DNA of 11,833 nucleotides from a virus (Duplodnaviria; Heunggongvirae; Uroviricota; Caudoviricetes): IMG/VR virus record IMGVR_UViG_2778261064_000021, positions 1 to 11,833 of that record; one strand, 5' to 3'. Shown piece by piece: positions 7,498 to 11,833 of this stretch (position 1 is its first letter; each line of letters starts with the position of its first letter). The notes under the pieces were generated by a model. It saw only the letters and a program-made list of their open reading frames with translations, ran no database searches and was not told where the DNA came from. The position numbers and the translations under genes were made by a program.

Positions 7498-8552
7498 TGA
7501 CAGATAAGGCGCAACCACTGAACACAAACCAGCTTTTTTCCTATCTGAATCGTCCTGATGTTGATGATTTTAAATTCAACCCGCTGTTTACCACGTTATT
7601 TTTCCCTAACGTCGCAACCTTCGATACACAGAAGATTATGTTAGATGATCTGGAAAATGACGAAGTAACCATGTCGGCATTTTGTTCGCCGATGGTGGGT
7701 AGTCAGGTTCAGCGTGATAAAGGGTACGAAACAAGCATTATCCAGCCTGGCTACATGAAGCCAAAACACGAAATCGATCCATCAAAAACCATTATGCGTG
7801 TTGCTGGTGAAGATCCGGCAGCACTCAACAGCCCGTCTTATCGTCGCCTCCGCCTCATTACCGGCAATCTTCGCCGTCAGGTAAAAGCCATCAAAGCCCG
7901 TGTTGAATGGCTGGCGGTAAATGCAGTCACTACCGGAAAAAATATCATTGAGGGCGAAGGCATAGAACGCTACGAAATCGACTGGAGGATGCCAGCAAAC
8001 TGCATTATCCAGCAGGGGCCAGGGAAAAAATGGTCTGAGCAGGATAAAGAGACGCATGATCCGACAGATGATATTGAACTGTATACCGAACAGGCTGAGT
8101 GCCCCGCGAACGTCATGATTATGGGGGCGAATGCCTGGCGATTGTTACGCAGCTTTAAAAAATTCCGGGAACTTTATGATTTGTCCCGGGGGTCAGAGTC
8201 TGCGGCAGAGCTGGCGTGTAAAAACCTGGGCGAAGTGGTGAGCTTTAAAGGCTACCTGGGAGATCTGGCGCTTATTGTTTATTCCGGTAAATACACCGAC
8301 AGCGACGGCACAGAAAAACATTTTCTTGATCCTGATTTGCTTGTTCTGGGGAACACCAGCAATAAAGGACTGGTAGCCTATGGGGCAATTATGGATCAGG
8401 ACGCGGTAAGAACTGGCACAACACGAAATATGTACTACCCGAAAAACTGGATTGAGCCAGGCGATCCGGCGATTGAGTACGTGCAGACGCACAGCGCACC
8501 GCAACCGGTTCCGGCAGATATCCGCAAATTTGTTACCGTGAAAATTGGTTAA
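7497..8552 (+). CDS. Major capsid protein homolog (phage lambda gpE family)
   Basis: 351 aa; recalled lambda gpE matches in blocks FKFNPLF..LFF (lambda FKFDPLF..LFF), PGYMKPKHEIDP (PGYVKPKHEVNP), YDPTDDIE (identical), YPKNWIEPGDPA (YPKNWVTTGDPA); similar length. Confidence 0.85.
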   Translation: MTDKAQPLNTNQLFSYLNRPDVDDFKFNPLFTTLFFPNVATFDTQKIMLDDLENDEVTMSAFCSPMVGSQVQRDKGYETSIIQPGYMKPKHEIDPSKTIMRVAGEDPAALNSPSYRRLRLITGNLRRQVKAIKARVEWLAVNAVTTGKNIIEGEGIERYEIDWRMPANCIIQQGPGKKWSEQDKETHDPTDDIELYTEQAECPANVMIMGANAWRLLRSFKKFRELYDLSRGSESAAELACKNLGEVVSFKGYLGDLALIVYSGKYTDSDGTEKHFLDPDLLVLGNTSNKGLVAYGAIMDQDAVRTGTTRNMYYPKNWIEPGDPAIEYVQTHSAPQPVPADIRKFVTVKIG

Positions 8553-8564
8553 CGGGGGATTTTT

Positions 8565-8900
8565 ATGGGCGTTCCATATATTGAATTATTTTCCGGTACA
8601 CAGCAGGTTTCCACTACGCTGGTGCACTTTGCCGCTGATGCCGGAGCTATTCCCGAGTTTACCCCGCTGATGATGACGGAGAACGGCGAGTTTAAGGCGT
8701 GGGACGGTCAGGAATCAGGCAAGGCCATTTATCTGACCTCCTACCCCCTGGACACGGCAAAGCAAAAATCCGCACAGTGTTACAAGACAGGGATTTTTAA
8801 TATTGCCGCCGTTAACTGGCCTGAAAGCGTCACTACAGACGTGAAGAAATGCGCAGCTTTTGCGGGGTCAGGTATATCAGTTCAGCCACTGGCGCGATAA
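8565..8900 (+). CDS. Head decoration protein homolog (phage lambda gpD family)
   Basis: 111 aa; recalled lambda gpD (110 aa) matches in TPLM...AWDG...YK.G.F....V.WPE....D.KK..AFAG..IS. Confidence 0.75.
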   Translation: MGVPYIELFSGTQQVSTTLVHFAADAGAIPEFTPLMMTENGEFKAWDGQESGKAIYLTSYPLDTAKQKSAQCYKTGIFNIAAVNWPESVTTDVKKCAAFAGSGISVQPLAR

Positions 8901-8916
8901 TTACGGGGGGGGGGAT

Positions 8917-9264
8917 ATGCCAAAGAATGAAGCCGTTATGTCGTTAATGCTTGCCAGAAAATTTCCTGTTGAAGCCAGGGCAATGGCAGATGAAGGGATG
9001 CCGCTTTATGAAGCCAGAAGTAATCTTGAGGCTCTGGATAGGCAGGATAAAAATCGCGTCAACGCTATCATGGCTCTGAGTGACGCACCTGAATATCAGC
9101 CGTTATTGCGTGGCATGGCTAGCGTCTCGCGTCTTGATGCAGATATGGCGAGCGAACTACTAAGCGCAATGATGAAACAGGATGCGACCATTTATGCAGA
9201 TGCTGGTTATGCAGGTGAAGGTTATGATACGGATACCATCGATCGCATACTGAAAAACATCTGA
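8917..9264 (+). CDS. Hypothetical protein, 115 aa
   Basis: ATG preceded by a G10 tract; followed by a strong terminator; no recognisable domain. Internal start of track ORF 8860..9264. Confidence 0.55.
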   Translation: MPKNEAVMSLMLARKFPVEARAMADEGMPLYEARSNLEALDRQDKNRVNAIMALSDAPEYQPLLRGMASVSRLDADMASELLSAMMKQDATIYADAGYAGEGYDTDTIDRILKNI

Positions 9265-9265
9265 G

Positions 9266-9296
9266 AAAGGCCGGAGCAATCCGGCCTTTTTTTTTT
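9266..9296 (+). terminator. Rho-independent terminator after the capsid operon
   Basis: Perfect 10-bp stem aaaggccgga/tccggccttt, loop gcaa, then T10. Confidence 0.85.
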
Positions 9297-9298
9297 CA

Positions 9299-9380
9299 CG
9301 GGTCCTTTCCAGGATCTGAAACACCGGGGGTACGTGTACGCGCAATTCTTAACTGTTTATGAAAATTTTTCAGGAAAAAG
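9299..9380 (+). repeat. Left arm of an ~80-bp inverted repeat (about 90% identical to the reverse complement of 10243-10323); contains the cosN-like core of cos1
   Basis: Manual alignment: a 33-bp perfect block cgcgcaattcttaactgtttatgaaaatttttc plus flanking matches; mismatches clustered at 9333-9338. Confidence 0.8.
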
Positions 9381-9516
9381 CATGTCGGTACTTCTCGCGC
9401 ATAACTGTTTGTTTTTATTAAAATCAACCACCAGAAACATACGACATCATAAAGCCCAAAAATCCTGTTTTTTTGGCGTTTCATGTCGGAACTGGTTTTT
9501 GATAAGGAATTGATAG
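9299..9516 (+). other. cos1: lambda-like cohesive-end packaging site (cosN-like core plus cosB-like region) directly upstream of terS
   Basis: Collinear with the recalled lambda left end (..CGCGGGTTTTCGCTATTTATGAAAATTTTCCGG..CGTCATAACTTAATGTTTTTATTTAAAAT.. then Nu1); three ATGTCG-core repeats in direct/inverted/direct order (9383-9388, 9442-9447 inverted, 9484-9489), like lambda R3/R2/R1. Confidence 0.6.
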
Positions 9517-10101
9517 ATGAATGTTAATAAAAATAATCTTGCGAAGATTTTTGGCGTCGATCCGCGCACGATTGAACGATGGCAAACGCAAGGGCTTCCC
9601 CATGTATCTGGTGGGGGTAAAGGTGTGGAAGTGACTTTCGACTCTGCACAGGTGATCGAATGGTATGCACAGAGGGAGAAGGACATCGAAAACGAAAAAC
9701 TCCGCAGGGAGCTTGATGATTTACGTGCTGCTGGTGAATCAGATTTACAGCCAGGCACAACAGAGTACGAACGCTACCGTCTCACCAAAGCACAGGCGGA
9801 CGGGCAGGAACTGAAGAACGCCAGAGAGGCGGGGGAAGTTACAGATACTGAGTTCGTTCTCTATGCGCTTCGTGGTCTGGCGCGCCAGATTTCTTCGATC
9901 ATGGATAGTTTACCGCTCACAATGCAAAGGCAGTTCCCCGCGATGACTCCGGCAATGATCGAGGGCCTGAGGAAAGAAACAGCACGCGCCTGTAATGCGT
10001 GCGCTAAAACTGCCGATAACCTGCCCCGCATTCTGAAAGACTACCTGATGGAAACAACCGGAAACGTGCCGGAGAAATTACGGCAACAGAAAGGTGAGTG
10101 A
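9517..10101 (+). CDS. Terminase small subunit, phage lambda Nu1-like (possibly a satellite packaging-redirecting TerS)
   Basis: 194 aa; N-terminus MNVNKNNLAKIFGVDPRTIERWQTQGLPHVSGGGKGVEVTFDSAQVIEWYAQREKDIENEKLRRE closely parallels recalled lambda Nu1 (MEVNKKQLADIFGASIRTIQNWQEQGMPVLRGGGKGNEVLYDSAAVIKWYAERDAEIENEKLRRE); AAGGA Shine-Dalgarno 8 nt upstream. Confidence 0.88.
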   Translation: MNVNKNNLAKIFGVDPRTIERWQTQGLPHVSGGGKGVEVTFDSAQVIEWYAQREKDIENEKLRRELDDLRAAGESDLQPGTTEYERYRLTKAQADGQELKNAREAGEVTDTEFVLYALRGLARQISSIMDSLPLTMQRQFPAMTPAMIEGLRKETARACNACAKTADNLPRILKDYLMETTGNVPEKLRQQKGE

Positions 10102-10128
10102 CAACCGCGCAATTATTGAACAAAACTG

Positions 10129-10191
10129 AGAAAGGATCTGATAACGTCATTTTTGGCCCAAAATGACCACTGTCAGATCCTTTCTTTTTTT
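10129..10191 (+). terminator. Long hairpin plus T-run after terS (rho-independent terminator on + strand); on the minus strand it corresponds to the lambda cosB hairpin region of cos2
   Basis: 13-bp outer stem agaaaggatctga/tcagatcctttct with inner pairing gtcatttt/aaaatgac, then a T-run; homologous in position to lambda GAAAGGAAACGACAGG...CTGTCGTTTCCTTTC. Confidence 0.7.
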
Positions 10192-10242
10192 GATGATTTT
10201 ACCATTAAACAATGAGTTACAGAGAAGAAGAACGGATCTGAC

Positions 10243-10323
10243 TTTTCCCGAAAAATTTTCATAAACAGTTAAGAATTGCGCGTATGGCTACCCCCGGTGT
10301 TTCATTTTCCAGGAAGGACCCGC
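10243..10323 (-). repeat. Right arm of the ~80-bp inverted repeat (partner of 9299-9380); contains the cosN-like core of cos2
   Basis: Reverse complement matches 9299-9380 with a 33-bp perfect block; mismatches clustered at 10283-10288. Confidence 0.8.
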
Positions 10324-10366
10324 CACAATTACGGCATTGTTTTCCATCACCACGGAGGCCATGACA

Positions 10367-10651
10367 ATGACCGAAGCCGAAATGCTCAAAATGATTCGCC
10401 GTGCTGCCGGAATCAGACCACCAGCAGGCAAACAGGAGGCCACGCAGCCGGACAGCGTGATAGCCGAAAATTACGCGCGTGTGGTGGCTGAGGTGATGCG
10501 CCGTGACGGTATTGAGCTTAATGGCGTGGATATATGCAACATACGCACCAGAGTTCTGGAGATGTTGTCGTACCGTCGCCGCGTGCAGATGTACCAGGAG
10601 AAAGAAAAAATTACGTACCAGTGGAAGAAGCCTGAGCGGTTGCGGCGGTAA
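10367..10651 (+). CDS. Hypothetical protein, 94 aa (alternative start ATG 10361)
   Basis: GGAGG 8 nt upstream of ATG 10367; no recognisable domain; weak hairpin (10666-10687) downstream. Internal start of track ORF 10337..10651. Confidence 0.5.
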   Translation: MTEAEMLKMIRRAAGIRPPAGKQEATQPDSVIAENYARVVAEVMRRDGIELNGVDICNIRTRVLEMLSYRRRVQMYQEKEKITYQWKKPERLRR

Positions 10652-10710
10652 TCGGTTAATTTTTACAAAGCCCTTTTTCGGGCTTTGGCCTAACCTGCTG
10701 ATATTTTCGG

Positions 10711-10735
10711 AAACCTCGATTTGAGGAGACCGGAA
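10711..10735. repeat. Copy 1 of a 25-bp imperfect direct repeat (aaacctcgatttgaggagaccggaa) with an internal near-palindrome
   Basis: Matches 10851-10875 at 22 of 25 positions; internal cctcRatttgagg is (near-)palindromic. Confidence 0.6.
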
Positions 10736-10850
10736 CGTCTACATAGCTGCATCACCGTAATGATGATTTGGCCCACCAGCAACCATAACGATTTCCGTTA
10801 CAGTTGATGTGCTTTTTTGCTGGTAAGGCGTAATCCGTTGATTGTTCCAC

Positions 10851-10875
10851 AAACCTCAATTTGAGGAAGCCGGAA
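10851..10875. repeat. Copy 2 of the 25-bp direct repeat (aaacctcaatttgaggaagccggaa); internal 14-bp perfect palindrome cctcaaatttgagg
   Basis: Read directly from the sequence; 140 bp downstream of copy 1. Confidence 0.6.
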
Positions 10876-11296
10876 AACTCACCCGCCAGATTCTGAATGG
10901 TGAAAATCACCAGGAATCTGAATAGGCATTTCCTCTATGGAGGTCGCACCGTTTTCGGGAGAAGGTGCGATCATGTTCGTCATACCGGTTCCGTTGAAAT
11001 GAAATAGCCCTGTATGGGCATCATCACCATGCAGGGGATCAAAATCTCTGTAGCTTCATGTTGCCGGGACCGCCAGCCTCGCCAAATTTTTGCGTTTGTG
11101 AAAAACGAAAATTATTACGTGCTTTGCCCTCTCCTGTTTCTGATGTTGTATACTCGCGGCCTTCTAATTGTGCTGGTGCTTTTTTGAGATTGTGGCGCTG
11201 TGTATCGATCCGTATATCATTCGGTGTATCACTTTTGATAAATTGCTACGTGTGAATTTGTTTTTAACTGACAAAAATCAGTGGGTTATGTGAATC

Positions 11297-11833
11297 ATGA
11301 AACATATTGTAGAAGTAATGATCCCCGAAGCGGAGATTAAAGCGCGTATCGCCGAACTGGGTCGTCAGATTACTGAGCGTTACAAAGACAGCGGCAGCGA
11401 TATGGTGCTGGTAGGCCTGCTGCGTGGCTCATTTATGTTTATGGCGGACCTGTGCCGTGAAGTTCAGGTATCTCATGAAGTCGATTTTATGACCGCCTCC
11501 AGCTACGGTAGCGGCATGTCCACCACCCGCGATGTGAAAATCCTCAAAGATCTGGATGAAGATATCCGTGGCAAGGACGTGCTGATTGTTGAAGATATCA
11601 TCGACTCGGGTAATACACTGTCGAAAGTGCGTGAAATCTTAAGCCTGCGCGAACCGAAGTCGCTGGCGATTTGTACGCTGCTGGATAAACCGTCCCGTCG
11701 TGAAGTGAACGTCCCGGTAGAATTTATCGGTTTCTCGATCCCGGATGAGTTTGTGGTGGGTTACGGCATTGATTACGCTCAGCGTTACCGCCATCTGCCG
11801 TACATCGGCAAAGTAGTGCTGCTGGACGAGTAA
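11297..11833 (+). CDS. hpt: Hypoxanthine phosphoribosyltransferase (host housekeeping gene)
   Basis: 178-aa complete ORF; PRPP-binding motif [14 protein letters not shown]; sequence essentially matches my recollection of E. coli Hpt. Confidence 0.95.
   Translation: MKHIVEVMIPEAEIKARIAELGRQITERYKDSGSDMVLVGLLRGSFMFMADLCREVQVSHEVDFMTASSYGSGMSTTRDVKILKDLDEDIRGKDVLIVEDIIDSGNTLSKVREILSLREPKSLAICTLLDKPSRREVNVPVEFIGFSIPDEFVVGYGIDYAQRYRHLPYIGKVVLLDE

Larger units (their letters stand above)
10102..10323 (-). other. cos2: second lambda-like cos site in inverted orientation (reads cosN to cosB on the minus strand), abutting the 3' end of terS
   Basis: Reverse complement aligns closely to the recalled lambda left end (tttatgaaaatttttcggg / ccgttcttcttc / taactcattgtttaatggtaaaat / aaagaaaggatctgacag); GGATCTG/CAGATCC repeats at 10134-10140, 10174-10180 and 10234-10240 in an R3/R2/R1-like arrangement. 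Confidence 0.6.
1..10700 (+). mobile_element. Integrated phage-satellite-like island (PICI / P4-type); left boundary outside window, right boundary uncertain (about 10650-11100)
   Basis: Collinear module set: integrase, AlpA regulator, primase/helicase, iteron origin, SSB, capsid-related genes, small terminase with cos; no tail, portal or large-terminase genes; host hpt follows. Confidence 0.7.

Noticed and set aside
9299-10323. Inverted repeats as an invertase-driven DNA inversion switch
   Set aside because: No serine invertase or dedicated recombinase is encoded nearby, and both arms are better explained as homologs of a lambda-type cos core; inversion by homologous recombination remains possible but is not needed to explain the sequence.
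11058-11255. 65-aa ORF upstream of hpt
   Set aside because: No ribosome-binding site; lies in the probable hpt promoter/leader; low-complexity translation.
10737-11296. Looked for the glucose dehydrogenase gene (gcd) expected upstream of hpt on the minus strand
   Set aside because: No minus-strand ORF here resembles the Gcd N-terminus as I recall it; the region appears non-coding, consistent with an island junction, so no gcd feature is called.
1-11833. Scan for tRNA, rRNA and other structured RNA genes across the window
   Set aside because: No cloverleaf-compatible sequence or rRNA-like region was seen by eye; a tRNA attachment site, if any, would lie left of the integrase, outside the window.

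Overview
Almost the whole window is one integrated phage-satellite-type island (PICI / P4-like), ending roughly 200-600 bp upstream of an intact host hpt gene. Left to right, all on the + strand unless noted: a P4-type tyrosine integrase (1-1227, probably clipped at the window edge); an AT-rich 309-aa gene of unknown function (1319-2248); an AlpA-family regulator; a minus-strand ribbon-helix-helix gene; a translationally coupled chain of small ORFs (including an Icd-like protein) running into a 601-aa primase/helicase; an iteron-type replication origin; an SSB; lambda gpE-like capsid and gpD-like decoration genes; and a lambda Nu1-like small terminase. The most unusual feature is that this terminase gene is flanked by two cos-like sites in inverted orientation (9299-9516 and 10102-10323) that share an ~80-bp near-identical core but carry different candidate terminase-binding repeats (ATGTCGG vs CAGATCC). 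The second notable item is the AT-rich cargo gene between int and alpA, which matches nothing I recognise and is the best candidate for an undescribed accessory or defence function. All homology statements are from reading the translations and recalling reference sequences; none was checked by a database search.
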